DNA of 64,000 bases, taken from NCBI GenBank assembly GCA_016192455.1, contig JACPUC010000003.1:62001-126000 (forward strand). The letters are read 5' to 3'. A program made the translations under genes and the position numbers. The notes under the pieces were generated by a model. That model was given only the letters and a program-made list of their open reading frames with translations, had not been told where the DNA came from and did no database searches. Below, in pieces: positions 38,370 to 48,358 of this stretch; position 1 is the first letter of the stretch; each line of letters opens with the position of its first letter. This stretch comes from Candidatus Tectimicrobiota bacterium. Lineage in GTDB: Bacteria; JACPUC01.

Positions 38370-39428
38370 TTAACGTCGCCGGCCAATTTCCACATAGTAT
38401 CTGGTTAACCCCATTGTATCACACCATGCTCTTATGCTATTAACGAGCAAACAGAATGTTACTAACACGGTGACGTAGTACCACCACTGGTGAACCCTCC
38501 ATGGCAGTCCAACTGGTTCCAAAATCCATCTCAAAATAGCCATGCAGACAACCAATCCCAGAAATGAATGGAAAGAAGTATAGAAGCTCGTCATGCGGCG
38601 AATTGTCCAGTCGTTCATTTTTTTTTCCATATAGCAATGGTTATGAATTGCTACTGGATACAAGTCATGCCGGTAGCCACTCAGCGCCCACCAGATTGCG
38701 GTCGCTGCAAGAATTCCCATGAACAACGTTAATGTCATACTTACGCCCCCCTGCCAAAACACGAAGAAATTACCAACAATACCTAATGCAATACCATCCC
38801 TGCAAAGCCTCCACTTCTTCTGCTTACCTTCAACGGCCTCTTGTGGCGTAGTGGTTCCTGGTTGGACAGTGCTTGTTTGCCCCCGATGCGTCACACGTCT
38901 GCCATTTAGAACTGCAAGCGCAACCCTCATATAGATAGCGGCCACAATGAGGCTTCCTATTACCCACCAACTTATTTTACTTACACGAAAGTACCACCAC
39001 GAGAAAACAATGAAAAAAGCAGATAGAATCATAACAAGCTTCCACCAGTCACCTCCATCACTTTCCGGCGTTATCGTTCCTTGCCTACCAGCGATTCTTC
39101 TCCTGATAACCGCTAGAGTGCCGTCATCTACAACAGCTTCATATTCGAAGCCGCCTAGAATGCCTACTAGTGTCAACAAAGCGATGCTGATAACGCTTAA
39201 TAAGTAACCAAGGGTTATCGTTAAGGCACCTCCAGCCACGAGAGCGGCTAATACACTTCCTAGAATAGTTTCGGCATGTGCTCCACTTGCAACAAGATAG
39301 TCTATCCATTTAGGAATTGGATTTTCTAAATTAAAGGAAGTAGTTGAAATTGCCGCAAGCGCAAAAATCATGACTACAATAGGCGGAACGATGAATCTGG
39401 GGCGACGGATATCATCCATTATGTTCAC
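38370..39428 (-). CDS. Hypothetical multi-pass membrane protein, low GC
   Basis: 352 aa with about 8 hydrophobic segments; AGGGGA RBS; A/T-rich codons. Confidence 0.72.
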   Translation of the reverse strand: MNIMDDIRRPRFIVPPIVVMIFALAAISTTSFNLENPIPKWIDYLVASGAHAETILGSVLAALVAGGALTITLGYLLSVISIALLTLVGILGGFEYEAVVDDGTLAVIRRRIAGRQGTITPESDGGDWWKLVMILSAFFIVFSWWYFRVSKISWWVIGSLIVAAIYMRVALAVLNGRRVTHRGQTSTVQPGTTTPQEAVEGKQKKWRLCRDGIALGIVGNFFVFWQGGVSMTLTLFMGILAATAIWWALSGYRHDLYPVAIHNHCYMEKKMNDWTIRRMTSFYTSFHSFLGLVVCMAILRWILEPVGLPWRVHQWWYYVTVLVTFCLLVNSIRAWCDTMGLTRYYVEIGRRR

Positions 39429-39543
39429 TCCCCTAAGGGATATACATCTTAGCCTGATTGTCTACTTTAAGAAAAACGATGGATGCAATGCGAAGCCGGC
39501 AATGAAGTATTCGATTGCCCCTTCCGTTACTCTCCCCTTTTCA

Positions 39544-40902
39544 CTAAGGGTCGATGATTGACTCTAAATCAGACCTCCCGCCGGTCGAGACGGGTCTAAC
39601 ACCGTCCTCTAATTCTTCCAGAAGAATACGATCAACTCCATTGAATTCAGAATACCAGCGCGGATATTCCCTGGCTCCTTTTACAATACTTTTTATCGCT
39701 TCATAGTGTTTATCCTCAATGATGCGGTCGACTGTAAAGGCACTCTTTGTCGCAGGAATCAGGTATCGGGGCACCGTAGATGTGCCCTTCTTGCCCATTA
39801 CAATCCACTCGTAGGTTTCCTCGGCATGTATATACTTCACGAAGGCTACGGCGGCCTTTTGGCACTTATCTCCACACTTTCTGTTTAATACAAAAGCGTC
39901 CACCATAAATACGTGACTATTCCTTTCCCCAAGTGGGAGTGGTGCGATATAGATGGGCTCCGCCGTGTCCTTCTTGACGTTATTGTGCTTCTTGACGTTA
40001 TGAAGACTTTCAAAATATCCGAAGATGGCCTTAACTTTATGATCTGCGAACTTAGACTCAGCCTTGTAAGGCTCCTCTTCAAATGAACCATCTAAACACT
40101 GACTTGGTTCTTCCGGATGTTTCCTACACTGAGACGCAAACTTACGGAGCGATAACAGGACATTCCGAACATATGGTGCGGACCTTCTCCGCAAGATAGC
40201 GCGAATAGCTGAGTCAATGTTTTCTGTCCGGGATTCATCAGCATCAGACCATGCCTTGACATAAAGAGTCGGTAAGCGCCATTGTCCAACCATGTTCCCA
40301 GCTAGATTGGGAATATCCTTAGTATTTAATTGTAGCGTGTCGATAAGTATATCAAGGCTTTGTGCCTTTGCGACTTTTTCGTCGCGAGCTAGAATGAAAT
40401 AGCCACATAACCAGTGAGGCACGCCGTAAAGCCTTCCATTTATGATGGAAGCCGATCTCCCCGCTTGGTACCAATCAGTTTGATCAAGCCCAGGCGCCTC
40501 CCAGGGTGCTATAATGTTGCGCTTATAGAGCTCACCGAGTAACATGGTATCCACTTCTACAACATCGTAGCCACCGTTTTCTGGACGGGTTGTTAACCAT
40601 TGAGCGAGCTTGTTAAGGTCATAATGATAATCTTCGTTGGGCTTGATGGGTCTTAAGTCTAAGCGTATAGAAGGGTGTGTGCTGTTAAATTCGTCGATGA
40701 TGGTGGACCGTAGTTTCTCATAGTTATCACTATCGCTATCTGGGATGTATGGATAAAGGGCGACTCGTAGAACTACTTTTTGGTTCTTATAGTCAAGAAA
40801 ATAAAAAACATTTAGTGCGACAACGACGAAAGCGTAGAATGCAATTCCAACGAATGCAATTGCACGACCTAACCGGAAAGTGACCTCACTGGCGCCGGGC
40901 AT
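39544..40902 (-). CDS. Thiaminase I (thiamine pyridinylase)-like protein with N-terminal TM anchor, low GC
   Basis: LRVALYPYIPD, DVVEVDT..L, YGVPHWLCG (nucleophilic Cys position), GYFESL (general-base Glu position), PRYLIPA. Confidence 0.75.
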   Translation of the reverse strand: MPGASEVTFRLGRAIAFVGIAFYAFVVVALNVFYFLDYKNQKVVLRVALYPYIPDSDSDNYEKLRSTIIDEFNSTHPSIRLDLRPIKPNEDYHYDLNKLAQWLTTRPENGGYDVVEVDTMLLGELYKRNIIAPWEAPGLDQTDWYQAGRSASIINGRLYGVPHWLCGYFILARDEKVAKAQSLDILIDTLQLNTKDIPNLAGNMVGQWRLPTLYVKAWSDADESRTENIDSAIRAILRRRSAPYVRNVLLSLRKFASQCRKHPEEPSQCLDGSFEEEPYKAESKFADHKVKAIFGYFESLHNVKKHNNVKKDTAEPIYIAPLPLGERNSHVFMVDAFVLNRKCGDKCQKAAVAFVKYIHAEETYEWIVMGKKGTSTVPRYLIPATKSAFTVDRIIEDKHYEAIKSIVKGAREYPRWYSEFNGVDRILLEELEDGVRPVSTGGRSDLESIIDP

Positions 40903-41129
40903 AAAGTAACCTACTTATGTCTGTTAGAGATGCATAGAGGATGTGCTCAGTATAACTACACAGTATACGCAACGCCAGAATAGGCATAGTATCTTCTGAT
41001 TCTGGTACTGTCAAGAGTTTTGCGTAGAAGAGCGTAGGAGAGGGCGTTTCTCGTGTTTCACCCACTGGGCGGTGAGGCGCTGATCTCCCACCCCTGCTTA
41101 TTTCAGGCAAGCTCAGCTTCGCGCCTCCC

Positions 41130-42278
41130 TCACCGTTTCGGCAGGTTGAGGCCGCGCATGGCGATGGCGTTGCGTTGAATCTCCGGCGTGCCGCCGCCGA
41201 TGAGGTAGAAGGGGATCGTCCGGTAGGTCTTCTCGAAGAGGCCCTCGGCGCCGTGGCTGTTGCTGCGCCGCAGACCCGCCAGGCCGTCGACCTCCATGCC
41301 GAGATCGGACATCTCGTAGATGAGCTCGGAGGTCGCCAGCTTCGAGAGCGAGGCTTCCCAGAAGAGGTCCTCCCCCTGATCCTGGCGCCAGGCGATCTGG
41401 TAGTTCATCCAGCGGCAGGTGAGGATTTCGGCCCGGAGCTGCGCCAGGCGGTGCGGCACGCGGGAGCCGGCGGCGGGCGGGGAGGTCATCACCTTGCGGT
41501 GCATGATGTCGTAGCCGCGCATCAGGAAGCCGACCTTGCCGATGGCGGAGCGCTCGAACCCCAGCGTCGTGAGGATGTGGTTCCAGCCGGTGTCCTTGCG
41601 TCCCAGGAGGTTCTCCGCCGGCGCCTCGACGTTGTCGAAGAAGCACTGGTTGACGCGCCAGCCGGCCATGCTCCAGAGGGGGCGGATGGTGATGCCGGGG
41701 CTGCGCATATCGACGACGAAGAGGGAGACGCCGTCGCGCGTGCCCACCTTGTCCGGCTGCGTGCGGGTGGCGACGAGGGCCATGTCCGAGCGGTGCGCGC
41801 CGCTGGTGAAGATTTTCTGGCCGCTGAGGCGGTAGGCGCCGCCGGCAGGGACGGCGCGGAGCTGCAGGTTCATCAGATCGCTGCCGGCTTCCGGCTCGGA
41901 GAGGCACCAGCAGCAGGTCACCTCGCCCGCGGCGATGCGCGGCAGGAAGCGGGCGCGCTGCTCGTTGTTCCCATAGGTGGCGATAGACTGCCCGACGAAG
42001 ACGACCGAGCCGGTGTAGGCGCCGAGGGGGGCCAGGGCGTAGTTCATCTCCTCGTAGAAGATGGCCATATCGACGTTGCTGCGTCCGCGTCCGCCCAGCT
42101 TCTCCGGCCACTGCATGCCGACGTAGCCGGCGGCGGCCAGCTTCTTGTGGAAGATCGGGCTGTAGCTCTCGTCCTCCTTGCTGAGGTCGGCATAGATCGC
42201 CTCGGTGAGCTCGCGGGCGATGAAGGCGCGGACCTCCTGGCGGAACTCGTCATGCTGCGGCTCGAAGGTCAGATCCAT
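41130..42278 (-). CDS. Acyl-CoA dehydrogenase (catalytic-type subunit)
   Basis: SEPEAGSDL, GQKIFTSGA, N..FFDNV, L.FER, IGGGTPEIQRN. Confidence 0.9.
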   Translation of the reverse strand: MDLTFEPQHDEFRQEVRAFIARELTEAIYADLSKEDESYSPIFHKKLAAAGYVGMQWPEKLGGRGRSNVDMAIFYEEMNYALAPLGAYTGSVVFVGQSIATYGNNEQRARFLPRIAAGEVTCCWCLSEPEAGSDLMNLQLRAVPAGGAYRLSGQKIFTSGAHRSDMALVATRTQPDKVGTRDGVSLFVVDMRSPGITIRPLWSMAGWRVNQCFFDNVEAPAENLLGRKDTGWNHILTTLGFERSAIGKVGFLMRGYDIMHRKVMTSPPAAGSRVPHRLAQLRAEILTCRWMNYQIAWRQDQGEDLFWEASLSKLATSELIYEMSDLGMEVDGLAGLRRSNSHGAEGLFEKTYRTIPFYLIGGGTPEIQRNAIAMRGLNLPKR

Positions 42279-42317
42279 GGCACGTTCCTCTGTGGCGGGG
42301 GCGGCCGGATTGCCCCG

Positions 42318-43430
42318 TCAACCGGCAAGGGGGGCAGCCATGAAGGGGCCCGCGTCGAGGAGGATGCGCTCCTGCTCGCAGGCGCTCCCCAGCCACACCT
42401 GCAGGTGCTTGGCGCGGCGGTAGAAGAGCTGGATGTCCGTATCGACGATGAAACCGTAGCCGCCGTAGGCCAGGTCCGCGATCGTCGTCACCTCCTGGGC
42501 GGCGCGTCCGGTCACCAGCTTCGCGGTGGCGGCCTCGACGCGGCAGGGCTGCTCGCGGGCCGCCACGGAGGCGGCGTACAAGGTGGCGGCGCGCGCCTTC
42601 TCGAGGGCCGTCTTGGCGTTGGCCAGCTTATGCTGCAGGGCCTGGAAGGCGCCCACCGGGCGGCCGAACTGCCGCCGCTCGCCGACGTAGCCCACCGCCA
42701 ACCGCAGGGCCTCCTCCATCATCCCCACGCCCCAGGCGGCGACGCAGATTTTTCCGCGATCGAGGGCGGCGTCCCAGCGTGCGCGCACCTCGCCCCCCTC
42801 GCTCCACTGCGCCTCGGGGAGCCGCGCCTCCTTGACGTGCAGCGCCGCCGCCGTTGAGCAATCCTGCAAGGCGCAGGCTTCCTGCTCCACGGTCGCCTCC
42901 TTGAGATCGAGGAGGGCGAGGGCGAGGCGCTCTCCCTGGGGCGCCGGAAGGAGGACGTAACGCGCCCCATCGACGTGCGGCACGAAGGACCATCTCCCGG
43001 CCAGGCCGGCGCCGCCGCCGGTCGGCTGCACCGCCAGGTCCGTCAGCCCCTCAAGGTCCCACGCCGCGGTCGCCAGCTCCTTGCCCAGCAGCACGGCCCG
43101 CCACCAGGCGGGCGGAGAGGCGCCGTCCCGAGGCGCCAGGAGGGGGAGCGCCAGCGCCACGGTCTCCAGCAGCGGCCCCGGCACCAGCCGCCGCCCCGCT
43201 TCCTGGAAGAAGATGATCACGTCGAGCCAGTTGCCGCCGGCGCCGCCGATCTCCTCCGGGAAGGCCAGGCCGAACATGCCGAGCTCGCCCATCTGGGCGT
43301 AGAGGCGGCGGTAGGCGCTCGCCCCCTCGCGCTCGACGCGGCGGATGAAATCGGGGCTGCACTCCTCCTGGAAGAACTCCCGCACCGTCATCTGCAGGAG
43401 CTGCTGGCCTTCCGTCAGATTGAAGTCCAT
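42318..43430 (-). CDS. Acyl-CoA dehydrogenase (partner subunit of an alpha2beta2-type ACAD)
   Basis: RRQFGRPVGAFQALQHKLA, GGYGF, QLFYRRA; lacks the SEP..GSD motif. Confidence 0.85.
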   Translation of the reverse strand: MDFNLTEGQQLLQMTVREFFQEECSPDFIRRVEREGASAYRRLYAQMGELGMFGLAFPEEIGGAGGNWLDVIIFFQEAGRRLVPGPLLETVALALPLLAPRDGASPPAWWRAVLLGKELATAAWDLEGLTDLAVQPTGGGAGLAGRWSFVPHVDGARYVLLPAPQGERLALALLDLKEATVEQEACALQDCSTAAALHVKEARLPEAQWSEGGEVRARWDAALDRGKICVAAWGVGMMEEALRLAVGYVGERRQFGRPVGAFQALQHKLANAKTALEKARAATLYAASVAAREQPCRVEAATAKLVTGRAAQEVTTIADLAYGGYGFIVDTDIQLFYRRAKHLQVWLGSACEQERILLDAGPFMAAPLAG

Positions 43431-43654
43431 GCGCGCCACTCCCTCGTAAGGCGGTTCTTGGCTCGGTGGTGGCATCCCAGGCTCGCCCGCGAGCCTGACG
43501 CAGCGCCAGGGAATTGCCGGGTGGAAGGCATTGTGCCAGATTCACCCAACCGCCGCAACGACCTTCCCCCGCCATGCCGCGGGGTTCGACAGCTCCGCCG
43601 GAACCGCGCCGCGGCGGCGCTGGATGAGACTGTTGGGAAGACGCCGGGGGGAAG

Positions 43655-43927
43655 CTACCCCGCATTTTCTTCGGGGCGCACTTGGCCGTCCTCTTCCACC
43701 ACGATGCCGCGGCCTTCGGCAAAGGCGCGCAAGCAGTCCGCGCAGAGGCAGCCGGCATACCGCCGGGAGATTTCGGTGAGGACCGATGCGGAAACGGGGA
43801 CGTAGGCGCACCAGCAGCCGCCGCAGCGAAACGCCGCGCCGCAGGCGGGGCAGACCTTCTGCCGCGTCCCGTCGCTCTGGGGAGGACGCTGAGGAGGCGC
43901 CGCTTCTGGAGGGTTGGGTGTCGGCAT
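43655..43927 (-). CDS. Cysteine-rich CWC family protein
   Basis: CPACG..F.CGGCWC...CLC..CL. Confidence 0.7.
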   Translation of the reverse strand: MPTPNPPEAAPPQRPPQSDGTRQKVCPACGAAFRCGGCWCAYVPVSASVLTEISRRYAGCLCADCLRAFAEGRGIVVEEDGQVRPEENAG

Positions 43928-44376
43928 ACGCTTCGGTCAACCTTACTGTGAGGGGGGGTAGGAAGCCGGGCGATTGATCCCCGCGGGCGAGGTGCGGCAT
44001 GCCCGGCGCGACGTCGCTCCGCGGCCTGGTGGTCCAGGCGGGGACTTCGTTTCCAAGGGGCGAGGGCAAGGTGGATCGCCGGGCTCCCGCGAGGGAACGA
44101 TTTCAGCCCGGCGCGCCCCTGCCGCGTCGAGTGCGCTCCCATGCAGCCCCTACATGCCATATCCGCGCCCCGGAGGCCAGCGGTTTTTGGCGGCGCCGCG
44201 CGGCAGGCGCGGCGGCCGCGCCGCCCGCGAAGAGAGCTTGCGCGGCAGCCTCTCCCTCCCTACCATACACGTTGAGACCATCATCAGGTTCGGGACCGGC
44301 GGCAGATCGAGACGCGGCCCTGCGAGGGAGAGCGCCGCGAGTCCCAAGGTTGACCACGCGGGAGTGAAGGAGGCGC

Positions 44377-44583
44377 ATGCGGGCAAGGTTGACGACGGCC
44401 AGCAACGCCGAGGTCCGCGCCTTTCTCAATAAAGTGGGAGAGCTGGAGCTGACCGAGCGGCTCGTCTTTACCTTTGGAGGATTCCAGTTTTCCCAGCCGA
44501 TTGCAAATCGCCAGGACGCAGCCGGCAGCGTCGTCATCACCGACGACAAGGGGAGGAACTACACCTTTCAGCTCATCGACTGA
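44377..44583 (+). CDS. Small hypothetical protein (68 aa)
   Basis: AAGGAGG RBS; protein-like composition unlike the surrounding GC-rich shadow ORFs. Confidence 0.6.
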   Translation: MRARLTTASNAEVRAFLNKVGELELTERLVFTFGGFQFSQPIANRQDAAGSVVITDDKGRNYTFQLID

Positions 44584-44765
44584 CGGCGCTGCGGGCGCCT
44601 CGCCGTCGCGGGGCGGCAGGGCCGCGCGGGCCGACGAGACCAAGGTCGGTCGCGAGTCGCTCCGCCCACGTCGAGCCGAGGATGGCGGGCCACGACCCAG
44701 GGCGGGGGACGCCGGGAACCGCGGCGCCATTGTCTGGGACCATGCAGCTTGAGGAGGGGAGAGCG

Positions 44766-45773
44766 ATGGAGCGGACGAACCGTGCGCTGAGTCGTCGTCA
44801 GGTGCTGAAGATGGGGGCCGCGGCGGGTCTGTCCCTTGGCGCCCTGCCGTTGACGCGCCTTGCCGCGCGCGCCGCGCAGGGGAGGCTGCGCCTGGGCTAC
44901 ACTCGCTTCTGGACGGAACCGCCGATCTTCGTCGGCATGAAGAAGGGCTGGTTCGACACGCCTGAGCTGAAGACGGAGTTCACCCATATCCCCGCCTCGA
45001 TGCGGCAGATCGAAGCTATTGTCGCCGGCGACCTGGATGCGGGGATTGTCTCGGGGAGCGCCGTGATGATCGCCGTCGAGCGCGGCCTGAAGGTCAAAGG
45101 CATTATCGACCACAACAGCTACAAGTATAACGACGGCCTGCCCGTTGCTTGGGTTGTTCCCGCCAACTCTCCGATCAAGTCGGTGAAGGACCTGAAGGGA
45201 AAGCAGATCGCCATCAGCAGCTACGGATCGGGCCTCGATGTCCGCACCCGCAGGCTCTTGCTCGACCATGGCATCGACCCGAAGACCGAGGCCCAGCTTC
45301 TCGAAATCCCCATGCCCAAGGCGGTCGCCTCAATCCTCACCGGACGCCTCGACGCCTCCTGCTTCCCGCCCTCCTTTTACTGGGACCTGCCGAAGGAGAA
45401 AATCCGCATCCTCGAGAACATGTGGTACCACGCCGAGTCGCGCGCCCACCGCGTGCCCAACTTCTTCATCGTCATGTCCGATGACTACATTGCCAAGCAG
45501 CGGCAGACGGCGGTGGCCTTCGCCAAGCAGTTCTTGAAGGCGGCGAACTTCTGCAACGACAACCCGGCCGAGGCGGACAGCATTTGGTCGGAGTGGGCCA
45601 AGGGCAAGCGGACGGTGAAAATCCTTTACATCCCGCGGGACGGGCGGATCGACGCCGAGGGCGCCCAGGAGGAGGCCGACATGATGCTCAGCTTCGGCTA
45701 CATGAAGCGGCGCGTCGATCTCAAGAAGGAAGCCCTGGACTACAGCATCATCGACGCCGCGCTGAAGGGGTGA
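44766..45773 (+). CDS. NMT1/SsuA-like ABC substrate-binding protein with Tat signal
   Basis: SRRQVLK twin-arginine signal, IKSVKDLKGKQIA, GRLDA. Confidence 0.85.
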   Translation: MERTNRALSRRQVLKMGAAAGLSLGALPLTRLAARAAQGRLRLGYTRFWTEPPIFVGMKKGWFDTPELKTEFTHIPASMRQIEAIVAGDLDAGIVSGSAVMIAVERGLKVKGIIDHNSYKYNDGLPVAWVVPANSPIKSVKDLKGKQIAISSYGSGLDVRTRRLLLDHGIDPKTEAQLLEIPMPKAVASILTGRLDASCFPPSFYWDLPKEKIRILENMWYHAESRAHRVPNFFIVMSDDYIAKQRQTAVAFAKQFLKAANFCNDNPAEADSIWSEWAKGKRTVKILYIPRDGRIDAEGAQEEADMMLSFGYMKRRVDLKKEALDYSIIDAALKG

Positions 45774-45946
45774 GGCGGGCGCAACGGCGCTGGCATTCTC
45801 TTGGCCGGTCTGCCGCCGGCCGCGGCAGATGCCCCGGCGGCCAACCTCAAACGACCAACGGGCGAGCCGTCCCACCGGCCCGCCCGTTCGTCTCTACCTC
45901 TTCTCTGACTCCGTCCCGCGCCGGGCTGCCGGGGGGCCTACGGCGC

Positions 45947-47035
45947 CTACCGGAAATGCTTCCCCTCGCTCACCAGGTTCTTCGCGGGAATGCGCACACG
46001 GCGTTCGGGGTCGGCCACCACAGTGCCGATGCGCCAGCAGCCCCGGCCGCGTTCTTTCAGCAACTCCAGGGCAAGGTCGGCGTCCCCCTCCGCCACCACG
46101 GCGCAGAAGCCCACCCCCATGTTGAAGACGCTGTGCATCTCGGCGTCGCTGATGCCGCCGGCGCGCTGCAGCAGCGGGAAGACCGGCGGCGGCTCCGGCA
46201 GGGCGTCGAGGACGAAGCCGACCGCCGCCGGCACACGCGCCAGGTTCAGAAAGCCGTCCCCGGTGATGTTCAGGTACGCCTTCACGTCCACGCCGCTGTC
46301 GAGCAGGGAGAGCGCCTCCTGCACGTAGATGGCGGTCGGTTCGAGGAGCTCCTCGCCGAGCGTCCGTCCCAGCTCGTCGAGGCGCCGGCCAACGTCCCAC
46401 CCTTGCTCGCTGAAGCAGATGCGCCGCGCCAGGGTCATGCCGTTGCTGTGGACGCCGGTGCTCGCCAGGCCGATGACGGCGTCGCCGGCGGCCAGGCGGT
46501 CGCCGGTCATCAGGTGCGCCAGGGTAACGAGGCCGATGCACGTGCCCACCAGGTCGAAGCCGCGTTCGTTCGGGCCGCCCATGATCAGGTCGCCGAGTTG
46601 CGCCGTCTCGCCGCCGGGGATGCTGATGCCCGCCTGGCGCGCCCCTTCGGCCAGGCCCTTGGCCAGCTCCACCATCACCTCCTCATCGTACCGCGCCAGG
46701 GCGATGTAATCGACCAGGGCGAGCGGCCGCGCCCCCACGCAGAGGAGGTCATTGACATTCATCGCCACGCAGTCGATGCCGATGGTGTCGTAGCGCTCCA
46801 TGAGCTGCGCGATGATCGTCTTTGTCCCCACCCCGTCGGTGCTGATGGCCATGCCCATGCCGTTGCCGAGGTCGATGACGTTGGCGAAGTAGCCGAGGTC
46901 CATCACCGGCCTGCCGACGCTGCCGCAGTAAGCGAAGGTGGCGCGCAGCAACCGGCTGAACTGCTGCTGCCGCTCGCTGCCGCCGATCGGCAGGACCCCG
47001 GCGCGCTCGTAGGCAGATTCGCTTCGTTCGCTCAC
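45947..47035 (-). CDS. purM: Phosphoribosylformylglycinamidine cyclo-ligase (AIR synthetase)
   Basis: Y..AGV, STDGVGTK, IGIDCVAMNVND, GGETA, HSNG, NITG.G, FNMG.G; AGGAG RBS with GTG start. Confidence 0.92.
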   Translation of the reverse strand: MSERSESAYERAGVLPIGGSERQQQFSRLLRATFAYCGSVGRPVMDLGYFANVIDLGNGMGMAISTDGVGTKTIIAQLMERYDTIGIDCVAMNVNDLLCVGARPLALVDYIALARYDEEVMVELAKGLAEGARQAGISIPGGETAQLGDLIMGGPNERGFDLVGTCIGLVTLAHLMTGDRLAAGDAVIGLASTGVHSNGMTLARRICFSEQGWDVGRRLDELGRTLGEELLEPTAIYVQEALSLLDSGVDVKAYLNITGDGFLNLARVPAAVGFVLDALPEPPPVFPLLQRAGGISDAEMHSVFNMGVGFCAVVAEGDADLALELLKERGRGCWRIGTVVADPERRVRIPAKNLVSEGKHFR

Positions 47036-47160
47036 CGTAACGCTCCTGTCGCCCGCGGTGCGGATCGTGCTCCCGTATCGCCCTGCCCCCGCCGTCCGGT
47101 CACCAGGCGCGAGTTGCCAGCCCGCCGCGCATCGCCTACAATCGCCCCGCATGCCGGCAC

Positions 47161-47188
47161 GTAGGGGCGGTTTGGGAGCCGCCCCTAC
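47161..47188. repeat. Stand-alone GTAG-type REP-like palindrome
   Basis: GTAGGGGCGG-TTTGGGAG-CCGCCCCTAC. Confidence 0.75.
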
Positions 47189-47370
47189 CAATGAGGCAGC
47201 GCGCGTTGCCTGCGGGGCTGCGCTGCTACGACAGTGGCGTCCCGCATCGTGCCGGGTTTACTATACCAGCAGGCAGGTTGCTTGGCGAGGCGGGGCGGCC
47301 GGCGAGCGCGGCATCCCGCGGCCACGCATGCGCCTCCTGTCTCGCGACGCTCCAGAACAGGGAAGAGCCA

Positions 47371-47892
47371 ATGGCGATCTACGAGCTTGACGGCAAGCGC
47401 CCGCGCCTGGGCGCGAACTCCTACGTCGATCCCTCGGCCAGCGTGATCGGCGACGTGGTCATCGGCGACGGCGTCTACATCGCGCCTGGCGCGGTGCTGC
47501 GGGGCGACTTCGGCCCCATCGTCATCGGCGACGGCACGAACATCCAGGACCACTGCCTCTGCCACGGCGAGGTCGATGCCCCGGTCGTCATCGGCAAGCG
47601 CAACCACGTCGGCCACCGCGCCATCATCCACTGCGCCACCGTCGGCGACGCCTGCCTCATCGGCATGGGCTGCATCATCCTCGATGGGGCGGTGGTCGAG
47701 GATCGCTGCATCATCGCGGCGGGCGCCCTGGTGACCAAGGGGAGCCGCGTGCCGAGCGGCAGCCTGCTCATGGGCATGCCGGGGAAGGTCGTGGGGAAGG
47801 CCAGCGAGGCCCAGCTCCTCGAGGTGCAGCGCGGCGCCAGCCACTACCAAGGCCTCGTCGAGCGCTACGCCTCGCTGAAGCGGCTTGATTGA
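47371..47892 (+). CDS. Gamma-carbonic anhydrase family (YrdA/CaiE-like) hexapeptide-repeat protein
   Basis: VIGDV.IG, VLRGD, NIQD....H, VGH.AIIH. Confidence 0.9.
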   Translation: MAIYELDGKRPRLGANSYVDPSASVIGDVVIGDGVYIAPGAVLRGDFGPIVIGDGTNIQDHCLCHGEVDAPVVIGKRNHVGHRAIIHCATVGDACLIGMGCIILDGAVVEDRCIIAAGALVTKGSRVPSGSLLMGMPGKVVGKASEAQLLEVQRGASHYQGLVERYASLKRLD

Positions 47893-48049
47893 CGACGCCC
47901 CGCCCCGGCCGCTCGTCGAGACCTCACCCCTCCTTCCCCGCCAGGCGCCGCACCCTTCCTTTCATGCGGACTGCTGAGAGAAAAGAACCTCGAAGTGGTT
48001 GATTTGACGTGGCGGTGAGGATGCCGTTTGGGCGGCCGGTGTCCTTTAC

Positions 48050-48230
48050 CCCTGCGTTCTCTGCGCCTCTGCGGTTTAATGGAGTGCACCGCGGAGACGC
48101 AGAGAGCGCGGAGAAGGTAGGGGAAGGAACCGCTGATGGACACGGATGCACACAGATATCAGTGTCCATCCGTGTTCATCAGTGGTTCTTTGCATCCCGG
48201 TGGTAGGGGCGGTTCGCGAACCGCCCCTAC
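48050..48230. repeat. Cluster of three different inverted repeats between convergent genes
   Basis: ctgcgttctctgcgcctctgcggt / accgcggagacgcagagagcgcgg; gaaccgctgatggacacggatg / catccgtgttcatcagtggttc; perfect 28-bp GTAG palindrome at 48203-48230. Confidence 0.8.
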
Positions 48231-48358
48231 GGTCGATGGCATGGAAGCCTGCTGAGAAAGAAGTGTCCGCTTACTTTCATGACCTTGCGGGTGGGCCGCA
48301 GGCCCATGGGGAACTGCTTGGAAGCGCCAGCCACCCAGTCCTGCCTCACCCCCGCCCC

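Noticed and set aside
29528-40902. Bacimethrin cluster (thiaminase + thymidylate synthase + methyltransferase)
   Set aside because: BcmA is ThyA-like rather than ThyX; the genes are kilobases apart with different GC; no glycosidase or kinase is present.
34900-41100. Integron cassette array or prophage explaining the low-GC genes
   Set aside because: No integrase, no convincing attC sites, no phage genes and no tRNA attachment site seen.
43470-43650. Cobalamin riboswitch (ACTG...GGGAAG) near the CWC gene
   Set aside because: Only a short match; the other conserved core elements are absent and the orientation does not fit.
47040-47200. ZTP or purine riboswitch upstream of purM
   Set aside because: No consensus elements found; the visible hairpin is a REP-like repeat.
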